This document shows, one piece after another, positions 12,986 through 25,134 of a DNA stretch of 64,000 bases (within the stretch, counting starts at the first letter, position 1; each line of letters opens with the position of its first letter). The notes below the pieces were generated by a model that ran no database searches, was not told where the DNA came from, and worked only from the letters and a program-made list of their open reading frames with translations. The stretch covers positions 12,159,694-12,223,693 of the forward strand of contig MU054323.1 in assembly GCA_013239625.1 (NCBI GenBank), given 5' to 3'. The translations under genes were made by a program, and so were the position numbers. Origin of the DNA: Lama guanicoe (lineage: Eukaryota).

Positions 12986-14212
12986 AGACTATTATGAATA
13001 ATTATACACTAACAAATTTGTCAACCTAGAAATGGATAAATTCCAAGAAACATACAACCTACCAAGGCTGAATCATGAGAAACAGAAAATCTGAACAGAC
13101 CAATTACTAACAAGGAGATTGAATCAATAATCAAAAACCTCCCAACAAACAAAACTTCAAGGCCAGGTGCCTTCACTGGTGAATTCTATCAAACATTTAA
13201 AGACGATTTAATGCCAACTCTTCTCCAACTCTTACCAAAAAAAGAAGAGGAGGAGACACTCCCAAACTCATTTTACAAGGCCAGCTTTACTTTGATACCA
13301 AAACCCAACAACAGTGTCACAAGAAAAGAAAATTACAAGTCAATATCCCTGATTAACATAGATGCAAAAATCCTCAAAAAAACCCAGCAAACCAAACTCA
13401 ACAATACATTAAAAGGATCATACATCATGATCAAGTGGGATTTATTCCAGTGATGCAAGGATGGTTCAACATCCACAAATCAATCAATGTGATACACCAT
13501 ATTAATAAAATAAAAGATAATATCATATTATCACCTCAATAGATGTAGAAAAAGCACTGAACAAGATTCAACATCCATTTATGATAAAAACTTTCAACAA
13601 GTGGATATAGAAGGAATGTAACACAACATAATAAAGGCTATATATTGCAAGCCCACAGATAACATCACACTCAGTGGTGAAAAAATAAAAGCTTTTCTTC
13701 CAAGATCAGGAACAAGATAAGGATGCCCACTCCTGCCACTTTTATTCAACATAAGTACTGGAAGTCCTAGCCACAGTAATCAGGAAATAAAAAGAAATAA
13801 AAGGCATCCAAAAAGGAAAGGAAAAGATAAAATGGTCTCTGTTCACAGATGACATGATCTTATATACACAAAACAATAAAGATTCTACCAAAAAAAAAAC
13901 CTGTTAGAGCTAATAAATAAATTTAGTAAAGTTTCAGAATACAAAATCAATATACAGAAATCTGCTGCATTTCTATACACTACTAACAAACTATCAGAAA
14001 GAAAAATTTAAGAATATCCCATTTACAATTGCATCCAAAAGAAAAAAATACCTTGGAATAAATCTGACCAAAGAGGTGAAAGACCTGCACACTGAAAACT
14101 ATAAAACACTGATGAAGGAAACTGAGTAAGACACAAATAAATGAAAAGATATTCCATGTTCATAGTTTGGAAGAATTGATATCATTAAAATGGCCATATT
14201 AATCACAGCAAT

Positions 14213-14559
14213 TGTGAAAAAAAAAACTAATAAATAGACTCTTCAATTAAATAGAGTCAGAGGACCAGAAGTGGGACCTCTCATACCCTTGGATGACAGC
14301 AGAGCTCAACAGGAAGTAGAAAGACTCCACTTATTTCCTGGTAACAATTCAGCAAATGAAAAGCCATGGATTTTTTGTTTATGGTAGCCCTCCCAACTTC
14401 CTTTATTCTCTATAAAAGAGTGCTCCTTTCTTTCCTCTGTGGGAACTTGCACATGGAACACCATGGTTGCAGATCCTGAATTGCAATTCTCTGCTGATTC
14501 TGACTAAAATTTTTTTTTTCTGGAGAAAAAGCTGGCAGTCTATTTATTTTAAGTCAACA
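14213..14559 (+). mobile_element. ERV1-class solo LTR inserted in L1 ORF2
   Basis: TG...CA termini, exact 4-bp TSD CAAT (14209-14212/14560-14563), TATAAAA at 14411; L1 sequence resumes in register. Confidence 0.85.
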
Positions 14560-15893
14560 CAATATACAGATTCAATGCTATACCTATTGAAATTCCAAGA
14601 GCATTTTTCACAGAAATAGAAAAACAACCCTGAAATTTGTATGGACCTATAAAAGACTCCACATGACCAAGGAAACCTTGAGATAAAAGAACAAAACTTG
14701 AGGCATTACACTTCCTGATTTCAAACTTTATTACAAAGCTATAGCATTTAAAAGAGTACGGTATTATCATAAAAAACAGACACATAGATCAATGGAGTAG
14801 AATAGAAAGCCCAGAAGTAAACCTATGCATATGGTCAATATAATTTTTGCAAAGGAGTAAAGAATATACAGTGGGGTAAAGGACAGTTTCTTCAACAAAT
14901 GATGTTGGGAAAACTGGACAGCCACAAGCAAAAGAATGAAACTGGACCACTCTCTCACACCATACACAAAAACTAACTCAAAATAAAGACCTGAATGTAA
15001 GGCATGAAAACATAAAACTCCTGGAATGAAATATAGCCAGTAAGCTCCTTAACAGTGGTCTTGGTGACGACTTCTCGGGTTTGACGCCAAAAACAAAGAT
15101 AACAAGCAAAAATAAACAAGTTGAACTATATCAAACTAAAAACTTCTGCACAGCAAGGAAAACCATCATTAAAATGAAAAGGTAACCAATCAAGTGAGAG
15201 GAAATATGTGAAAGTCATCTGACAAGTGGTTAATATCTGAAATATATGAAGAACTCATTCAACTTCAGAGCAAAAACAAACAAAAAAAATGGGCAGAGGA
15301 TCTGAGAAGACATTTTCCAAAGAAGACATACAGATGGTCAATAGATAATATGAAAAGATTTTCAACATCAGTACTCACCAAGAAAATGCAAATTAAAACC
15401 ATAATGAAATATCACCTCACACCAGTTAGAACAGTTATTATAGAAAAGACAAGAAGTAATAAGTGTTGGATAAATGCAGAAAAAAGAGAACCCTTGTGCA
15501 CTATTGCTAGGAATGTAAATTATACAGTCACTATGGAAAACAGTATGGAGGTTCCTTGAAAAATCAAAAATAGATCTACCATATGTTCCAGCAATTCTTC
15601 TTCTGGGTATTTATCTGAAGAAAACTAAAAACACTAACTTGAAAAGATATCTGTACCCCCTTGTTCACTGCATCATTATTTACAATAGCCAATAAATGGG
15701 AATAACCTAAGTATCCACTGATGGATGAATGGATAAAAAAAATGTGGAATACATATACAATAGAATATTATTTAGCCATACAAAAGAAGAGAATCTTGCA
15801 ATAACATGTATGGACCTTGATAGCATTATGCTAAGTGAAATAAGTCAGACAGAGAAAGATAAATACCATATAATCTCACCTACATGTGGAATC

Positions 15894-15980
15894 AAGGAAG
15901 GAAGGAAGGAAGGAAAAGAAAGAAAGGAAAGGAAAGGAAAGGAAAGGAAAGGAAAGGAAAGGAAAGGAAAGGAAAGGAAA

Positions 15981-16029
<49 letters not shown>

Positions 16030-16172
16030 GGAAAGAGAAAGAGAGAAAGAGAGAAAGAGAGAAAGAGAGAAAGAAAGAGAGAAAGAGAGAAAGAAAGAAA
16101 GAAAGAAAGGAATGGATGGATGGATGGATGAAGGGAGGGAGGGAGGGAGGGAGGAAGAAAAAGAAAGAAAGA
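15894..16172 (+). repeat. Compound purine microsatellite (GGAA)/(GGAAA)/(GAAA)/(GA)/(GGAT)/(GGGA)
   Basis: Directly visible; 15894-16112 contains only A and G. Confidence 0.98.
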
Positions 16173-16521
16173 CAGACTTCATGGATACAGTGAACAGTCT
16201 GGTGGCTGCCAGATGCTGGGGTGGGGGATTGGCAAAATGGGTAAAGGAGTCAAAAGGTACAAACTTCCAGTTATAAATAATTCCTGAGAATGTAATGTAC
16301 AGCATGGTGAATATAGTTAATAATACAGTATTGTATATTTGCTAGGAGAGTAGATCTTAAAAGCTCTCACCTTAAGAAAAAAAATTATAACTAGTATTAA
16401 CTAGACTTATTGCGGTGACCATTTCACAATACATACAAATACAATGAATCCTTGGGTTGTACAGCTGAAACTGTTTCATACAAATAAACTATTTTTATCA
16501 ATTATATCTCAATTTAAAAAA

Positions 16522-16713
16522 AAGGCAGTATCACCTTGTTTGACCTCAGTAGGGTACATGCACATTGAGCAATTCAAATTTTTCACCACTCTGTGCATGT
16601 TTGTGAATGACCATGACAGGGTTGCAAGTACTGATTTGGGGGTTATAAATAAATTTTAATGAGGAGGCAAATTTGAAAATACAAAATCCACAAATAATGA
16701 GGATCAATTGAGT
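16522..16713 (-). mobile_element. MER82-like (TcMar-Tigger) terminal fragment
   Basis: 'caaatttttcaccactctgtgcatg...ttggggttataaataaatttt...aataatgaggatcaattga' resembles the reverse complement of the MER82 5' end. Confidence 0.7.
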
Positions 16714-17816
16714 ATTTGTCAAGTTAGAAAGATAGAACATGCTTTATTTAATGGTTCATTGGCTTAACTTGTAACTTTTAAATATTTAGACATAGGGAAT
16801 TAGGGCTTCAATCTGACTGTTACTCAGCCCCACAGATGTTATGGGTAGATCTGCTCTATACCCTAAAAGCCAGACCTGGACATAATTGTGAAGCAGGAAG
16901 ATTTTTGTGGCTAATGCTTTTGATACACACATTTGGGAATACATAATATCTTATTTTAGCTCCTGTCTTTTTATTCATAAATCATCATTACCTCCTTGTG
17001 CTTGGACACACACACACAGACACTCACATACACATCATGATTTTTTTCAGCAACCTCCTCTACCCAGAATGGAAACTTAAGCTAGCTAGAAAGGAACACT
17101 CTAATGCATATTCCATCTCATTCCTACATCATAACTACCTGCCCCTATCCCATTTCCTCAAGATCCTATGAAATGCTTGATGAGATAAGAAAATGATGAT
17201 CAAATGAATTATTTTTACGACAGTGGGCTGTTCAGCTCTATTAAACTATGCCAGTGTGCCACCATTCTCTGGTGATATCAAGCCTCAACTATATTTTTTC
17301 TGGAAAACTCTTGAAAAGTGACTTAGGATTTTTTAGACATGATAGTAGATTAGATCCTTCTGGAAGATATCTAGGGCTGCACAGCACTGTTGAATTGTAT
17401 CACCAAATTAGAATCTGTTCCATGGGACACTTTATATATTAACATGATCCCTTCCTTAATACTTGGCCAAAAATATCATTAGGAAGAACAGAAGACATCC
17501 CTTCTGCGTCTTGAAGGAGAATGGACAGGCCATTAGTCAGGCAGAAGTGCAAACATCAAAGGACATAAGCTATGAGGGTGGACACAGACCACAGCTCTGC
17601 TGGGCCAAGTTCACTGTGTTCTTGGAGAAGAAGGTCCACACAAGGAGGAAACTGGGTCAATCTAAGGGCAGATAAAGTGTAAAAAGCAACAGTGCATATG
17701 GGGAGTAGGACGTGAATGAATCTAGAAGCAAGGAGCTTTAAACATACGTCTTCTAAAAAACACTCCCACCCAGTCCCATGCCTCTGGGAAACCTATTTTT
17801 CCTTGGAACACCAACA

Positions 17817-18124
17817 ACAGTGGTTCCTACACTTTGAAATTTCACAGACTACATTTAATTTTTTCAAATTGGGACCCAAGAATTGCCAACCTTTTACTTG
17901 GCTGATTGAATACAATATTTTAAAACTAACATTTATCATTATAACAATTTCATACAAAAAATATTTTGACATCAAAAAAGTAGAAAAACACAATTACAGA
18001 ATAAAAGAGTATTTTTCATTCTATAAAGAGCAGTTGAAGACCTGACACTGGTATTTCAGGGCCACCAGGTGAAAACGTTGCCATGGACCTGCACAGTCCT
18101 GCAAATGAGTGGCTAGAACCTCTG
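17817..18124. mobile_element. Probable hAT-Charlie DNA transposon fossil
   Basis: Charlie-like termini 'cagtggttc' ... 'agaacctctg'. Confidence 0.35.
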
Positions 18125-20266
18125 TTCCAGAACCGAATTCAAGCTCTGGGCTCGCTGCCCCAGGACCATGTTAGACACTGGGAATCTGGACGAGCTTTAC
18201 CATCAGGCGGGGTCTCTATGGCTTCTTCAACAAAAGCCTGAGGCCATTTTGGGCCTCAACAGTGGGCCTCCTTGTATCTTCAATAAACCTTTCCTTAAAC
18301 CTCCCACCTTGGAAGTTAATCAGAACTTGTGGTCCCAGGGCGAGTTCAAACCTCAAGCAGAACCTGATACAGAACGGCTTGAGGTCAGATGGTTCTTACC
18401 TGGACAGTAACTCAACTCTCCTACCATCTCCAAAGACAGAGCCTGGCTTGGACCCAGGGGTAATGTATTTTCAAAAGCACAAAGGCAGTTGGTTTCACAG
18501 TACAAGTCTTTCTTTTTGGAAACAAGATGTCTAATTGAAACCAGTAGACTGGTGGAGATACAAGTCAGGGAGAGCATCTGTAAATGCCACAAGCTAAAGT
18601 TGTATTTCAAACACTGTTTAGCATCTCATTGTACCTGCCCGAGAGGCGGTCAGGCCAATGGAGTCTTCAGCACAGCCCCTGAGAGGCCAGGTGGACTATG
18701 ACAATGGGCACTGAATGGGAAAGACATGGGGAGCCCACCACAGAGCCACAGTCAAGGTGTTTTCCCTTCTCCCCAGCTGTTTATTTAGTTGAGTTCACAT
18801 AGGTCTTCCTTTGGCTCTCAACTTGGTTTTCCTGACCATAAACTAACCATTAGAAATTCTGACCTATTTCCAGCTTCTGTAATGTAATTTGGAGCTGAAA
18901 ACATGCTAGCATATGTTTCTAAATTCTAGTGTCAATTCTTCCACTGATTTATGACATTATATTTAGGTATTATCTCCTCACACCATCTCACCTCATCTCA
19001 CATCCATGTACCTCAAGTAATAACCCTAGAAGCCTACCTGTGGCACAGCCATCCCAACAAGTGTGCATGTCATTCTATGTGCCTTTTATGGATAGTTTTA
19101 CTCCACATTGTCTCCTAAACAGAAGATAATTCTATCAGGATGAGTGACACAAGAGTCCTATTTAAAATGGTCCTCCAGAGATAGAGGTACAGGCAACAGC
19201 TATGGACAAATGACTGACAAAGCCATTATAGCCTTAATTAGAGCTTTCTAAGTGACTTCTACCAGGGAAAACTTCCTCACAGTTTTATCTCCAGTTGGGT
19301 TCTCCGTCTGGGGATCACCGGCCTAGAGCTCCTCCCATTTGCTTGGTTCCTGGCTGGCAGCTAGAGTGGAGTGCCCTGGGACTTTCAACTAAGTTACCAT
19401 CTAGAAGTTGAACTAGGAAAAGTCTCATGAAATGAAGGACATCTTTACCTAAAGAGGAATGATCACTGCTTGATCAAAGCAGGGAAGAATGACTTAGGAA
19501 TCAAATCAAGGTATGAATAATCTTAAGGGGGAAGAAAACCTGCTACCTAATTGATCCTATTTAGATATGTGAACAAAAGACACTAAAGAGCAAGCACTGA
19601 CAAATATTAATCCCACCTGGTCCAAAGGAGATACACTGAAGACACTGAACTATATGGGTTGATGCCTAAGTCACATTAAGGTAATCTTTCCTCCCAGTCT
19701 TCCCAACATCCTTTGCTCTGATTCAAAATTCACCAAGCAAAATGCTTGTGATGTTTTTGATTCTCTGTGCCTTGGGGAGAACATGCCCTCAATACAAACA
19801 CAAATATTTGGGCCTCTGGACAAGCATGTTCTCCTCTGAAAATAAAAAACTGTCATTCAGGTTTACACAGAAATCTCTAGTGAATGTCACTTGGGTGAAC
19901 TGGGCCTGGACAATCTTGTGCTCTCTGAAAACACAGACAAAACCTGTTTCTTGCATTGGAAGGCTGACTACAATTTGAGGGTCCCACCAAGAAAGTACCT
20001 GAAGGTTCAACCAGCCTCATCTTTTTCCAGGAGTATTCTCTCATATCAGTACTCACTATTCATTTGCCCTTTTGTAAAAGCCGCCCTGTGTTACTGTTTA
20101 GTGCTATAACAACTCCAACTTTCCAAGTAAAGTACAATCTGGTCCTTTAAACATTTATTGAGGTTGCACAGGCAGAAACAACTAAAACTTTTCTTGCAGC
20201 ACCAAGGAAGGATCTGGATGGAGGCAAGGAATTTGTAGCAACTAAGTAGGTAAGTTTAAGAGTTAC

Positions 20267-21039
20267 AAAATGGATCAAAGACTTAAACATAAATCCTAAT
20301 ACCATAAAACTCCTAGAAGAAAACAAAGGGACGTTCACTGATATTGGTCTTGGCAAGGACTTTTTGGATATAATGCTGAAAGCATAAACAACAAAAACAA
20401 AAGTCAACAAATGGAACTCAAAAGCTTCTGCAGAGAAAAAGAAACAATTTAACAAAATTAAACAGCAGCCTACAGAATGGGAGAAAATCTTTGCAAATCA
20501 TGTACTGGATAAAGTGTTAATATCCAAAATATATAAAGAACACAACTTAATAACAGAAAATAATCTGACTAAACAGTGAGCATAAGAATTAGACATTCCT
20601 CCAAAGAGGACATCAAAATGGCCAACAGGCACAAGAGAAGACGCTTAACATCACTAATCATCACAGAAATGCAAGTCAAAACCACAATGTGGTATCACCT
20701 CACACCTACTAAAATGGCTATCAGCCACAAGACAAGTGACAAGAAGTTCTGGAGCAGATGTGGTTAAAAAAAAAAAAGGGAACCCTTATACAATGTTAAT
20801 GGGAATGTAAACTAATTCAACCACTATGGAAAACAATATGGAGATTCCTCAAAAAATTGAAAACAGATCTACCATACAACCCAGCAACTCCACTTCTGGG
20901 TATATACCCAAAGGAAATTAACTTAACATTTTGACAAGATATATGCACACCCATGTTTATGATAGCATTATTCACAATAGCCAAGAATATGCATACAACC
21001 CAAATGCCCATCAATGGATGAACAGATGAAAAAGATGTG

Positions 21040-21074
<35 letters not shown>

Positions 21075-21520
21075 AGAATATTATTCAGCCATGAGAAAGG
21101 AGAATATCCTACCATCTGTAACAACATAGATGGACTTGAGCACACTATGCTAAGTGAGATAAAGTCAGACAGAAAAAGACAAATGCTGTTATATATTTAT
21201 GTGTAGATCCAAAAAAGTCAAACTTGTAGGAAAAAAAGAGTAAAATGGTGGTCATTGGGGCATGAGGGTGTGGTGGATAAGACTGATGGTGTTTAAGGGT
21301 ACAAAGTTATGACAAATAATAAATGGGCCATAGCACATTATAGTGAATACAGGCAATAATATTGTACTATAATGATGTCATAAATATTGCTTCAATGGCA
21401 ATCATATTACAATATATAAATGTATCCAAAGTAACATACTATACACCTTAAATGTACAAAATATAACTTGTCAAATTTATCAAATAAAAAATAAGTTAAA
21501 TAACAAAAGAAAAAAGAAAA
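20267..21520 (+). mobile_element. 5'-truncated L1 (ORF2 end and 3'UTR)
   Basis: 'aaaatggatcaaagacttaaac', peptide MQVKTTMWYHLTP, AATAAA and A-rich tail. Confidence 0.9.
21043..21070 (+). repeat. (CA)14 microsatellite within L1
   Basis: Directly visible. Confidence 0.95.
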
Positions 21521-21660
21521 GTATATGAACTCAGAATGATGAGATCTGAGTTTCATTTACAGCTCTACCACTAACAAACTGTAGGGTGTTAGGCAAACTC
21601 CGTACTTTCTCTGGACTTCATTATCTTCATCTTAAAGTGGAATAATCACCTAGAATTTTT
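21520..21660 (+). mobile_element. MIR fragment
   Basis: 'agatctgagtttc...agctctaccactaac...ctggacttcattatcttcatct'. Confidence 0.6.
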
Positions 21661-22292
21661 AGGTATATACTAAAGTGAATCTGTATTTAATCCACTGAGG
21701 TTAAAAATTAAGAGTGTTAACTATTTAAATACCAAAGTCCTTATTTCCTTAAATCTGGTGTTTTCAGGGAAAGACATAAGGATTTAGGTCTTAGAGGAGC
21801 TTCATGCTTTCTCCCTAGCCCCAAGTTTTTACTGGGCCAAAGGCACAAGTATGTGTGGATAAATGATTCTGAGACAGAGGTAACAGACAAATAATTGATC
21901 CCAGTGGAATGTCCCTAATGGGTCATAGAGGAGACCATAAGGTCACAGAAAAGCCATCTGAATGATTGCTCCACTGCTTAAGGAACTGTCCAGGACAGTT
22001 TGACCCCCAATAAGATAGAACTCGAAGCCTCAGGGCAGGATGGAACTGAGAAAGAAGTCCTCACACACAAAGTCACACCCTGTGATCTGTGTCCTGGCCA
22101 GTTGTCCTGCTGGCCACTTTCTATCCTTGTGATTAAGGGCCTCAAAGCACACCACCAGTGATGGAACAATCTTATCACTCTAGCCAGTAACTTCCAGTTC
22201 CCTTTCCACTAATCTCAGAGGGAAACCAGAAATATAGTCAGGCAGCCAGACATTTCATTTGTCAGACATCTTTAGCTACAGAAAGGTTTTAA

Positions 22293-23155
22293 ATTTTTTT
22301 ATCATTGAAACTTTCAAACGTATAGAAGAGGAGAAAAAACAGTATCAACACTGATATACCCATCACCTAGATTTTAGAATTGTTAATATTGTGACACATT
22401 GGCTTCTTTTAGTTTTCTTCTGCTGAAGTATTTAGAGTAAATAACAGACATTACAGTATCTCTTATCTATTCACTTTAGTATGCACTTTGAAAAGTAAGG
22501 ACTTGTTTCTACATAATCACAACAGCATTTCTCACACCTGACAAAATTCATCATAATCTTCTAATATCAATACCTAACAAAACTCATCCTAATCTTCTAA
22601 TATTACCTAATACCTAGTTTATATTCAAATTGCCTAGCTATCCCTTCCCCAAAAATACCTTTTTTAACTGATTTATTCAAACCAATGTCCAATTGAGTAC
22701 CATACCCTACATTTGGTGAATGTGTCCCTGAAATCTCTTTTAAGTGAGAAGCTACACCTTCCCTTTTTTCCCCTTCTTACCAAAGAGACCAAAGTAATTG
22801 TCTTGTAGGACAGCCATATTCTGGATATGTCTATTTGTTTCCTTGTGGTTTCAATTTTTTCCTGTATCCTCTGTATTTCTCATAAACTGAAGTTAGATCT
22901 TAAGGCTTAAGTAGACTCTGGTTAAACATTTTAAGCAAGAATACTTCATAAGTGATGCTGTGTGTGTCACCCTGCATCCAATCTGGAGACAGCACCTGGT
23001 ATCTGGTTACCCCACCACTGGGATTTTGATCTGATGACTAGGGTAAGGTGATGATTACCAGATCCCTCCACTATAAATTTTTTTTTCCTCTTGGGACCAG
23101 CTCTGGGTCTGGCAGTGACACTTTGTGGCTATCCAGTTCCCCAATTCTTTTTCCT
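22293..23155 (-). mobile_element. Old L1 (L1MC/ME-like) 3' end
   Basis: 'ttttttatcattgaaactttcaaac...cccatcacctagatt...ttctacataatcacaac'. Confidence 0.65.
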
Positions 23156-25134
23156 CAGTAAAGAAGAGCTTTTGCTTAAAAACCAAAACAATGTCGTTAT
23201 CCTGATATAAGTCCCTACTGTGTGCTTGATTCTTTCCCTTTAATTACTAACATCCAGATTAAGAAGTTGCTGTAGTAGTCACTCCCAATGGTTGGTAAAC
23301 AGGTATGACTTTGTTTAGGATTTTTCTCATCTTCTTAAAATTCTTTATCTAGTGATAAATAGGACCTCAATAAAATGCATAATCAAAATAATAGACAATA
23401 TTCTGTGATTCTGAACAATAAGAAACAAGTTACTGTAATTTTCAGATCTTTCTAAAATCTGATACATATTAACAGGATTGGACTTCTGTGGTTTTGGTAA
23501 CAAAGCTTACTCTTCCCATATTTGAGGTCGGTTATGGTAGACTTGGAGTATCTACGGTTGCTAAGGGATAAAGGAGGAACTGGGGCCTGCCTTCACTTAA
23601 TAGGCATGTCAGGAATAGTGGGTTTTATTAGGACTAAGTCTGGCCCCTTTCAGGTTTTGGCACAGAAACTTGAAATGGTTACTTAAGCTATGTTGCCGAC
23701 ATGTGCCTTGTGTCTGGGGAAGCCAAATGCTAATAAAGTCCCAGTTTACATCTGCTGACCTAGAGCAATGATTGAGAGGACTTCTTTTTACTCCCAAAAT
23801 TGGTTTTGATGATAAATTATACAATAACTCTACTTATGTAATAATGTCTAAGGAAAACAGTCAGAGAGGAAAGGAGAAAAACCTCAACCCCCAACCCCCT
23901 CAACCTGAGAATGCTGTGGGAGAATCTTAGTTTAAAGTCTAATTTTGGAGATTCTCCAAAAGAGTGGCAGAAGTGGTTGGAGAGGCAGCTCTAGCCATGG
24001 AGTAAAGTCTTCACCCTCCAGGAGTGGGGAACAGCATCGGAAACATCCATGGGCCCCAAGTCATTTAGAGAGTAGTCTAAGATTTCCCTGAACAAGATTA
24101 ATGATTTAATAGGAGACATCAGAGAACTGTTTGTCAATGGCATGATCTCTGAATCCTGATCTCTGAATATCTCAATGCCGAGGGTGCCTAGTGGAATATC
24201 AGGTGCCTTTAACCCTGGATTTAAGAGAACACACAGTCAAATTCCTTTGGCTGCAACAGGAAATATATTTTATCTGTCCCGTGGTGTACCAATTTGAACT
24301 GAGTCTTTAGGCATTTTGTGGGTTCATAACATTCAGGCAACTAATGACAGAAATGACAGTGACACAAAGTATCTAAAGGTACTAGTTTATCTGAATGACA
24401 GAGCTATGTTTGGGAGGACTTTGATGAAGCACAAATATCAGCTCCCAAATTTTTAGATCATCTGGAAAATACAGGCTGGAAATTATGCCTTGATAAATGG
24501 CAATTCCCTCTGTCAATAAACTGTAATAGATGTACAATACTGTAACGGGATAGACACGGCTCTTGAAAAATCTCTACTTTCATAAACTGGCTAAAGCCCC
24601 CAAATTTTAGGATATTAGAGAAATTCTTTCGATTTCAGAAGAGTAAAATCCTTCAATGATATGGGCCCTTCCGTGATACGCGCAGAAACTTTAGAACAAC
24701 CCTCAGGAAAGGCAAGAAGTTTAAGTGGTCCGAGAACAAAATGGTGGCCGAGGACTTCCAACCCTCTAACCTTTGTGGTGACCAGTAATAAGAAGTGCAA
24801 AGAAGTACTAAAAAGCACTGGACTGCTTACATTGCATTTCTGTTCCAGCAACTGCTGACTCTGGTAAGCACTTTAAAATTCTTATGCCAGTTTTCAGAAC
24901 AGTGGAGATGTACCAAATCAAGGAAAGGAAACCTACATCCCTGCGAAATTTTAAGTCTCAAATTAGAATTTCTGGAGCTAAAGTGAACAGTCTAAAACAT
25001 ATGTGGATAGTATAAGTTTTCAGGTGTGAACTGAAAAGAATTAACTTACCATTGAGCTTTCCAATATCAGCCTAGGTGAAGCTAAGGAAAGATGCATGTC
25101 ATAAAACTAACACTTCTTTACTAAGATTTGAACT

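Larger units (their letters stand above)
12986..16523 (+). mobile_element. L1 ORF2 (RT and C-terminus) plus 3'UTR, disrupted
   Basis: Peptides [39 protein letters not shown]-like 'ttcacagatgacatgatc' at ~13842; A tail at ~16516. Confidence 0.95.

Noticed and set aside
15729..16305. K/E/R-rich and F/S/L-rich ORFs of 81-154 aa
   Set aside because: Translations of the purine microsatellite and adjacent L1 sequence
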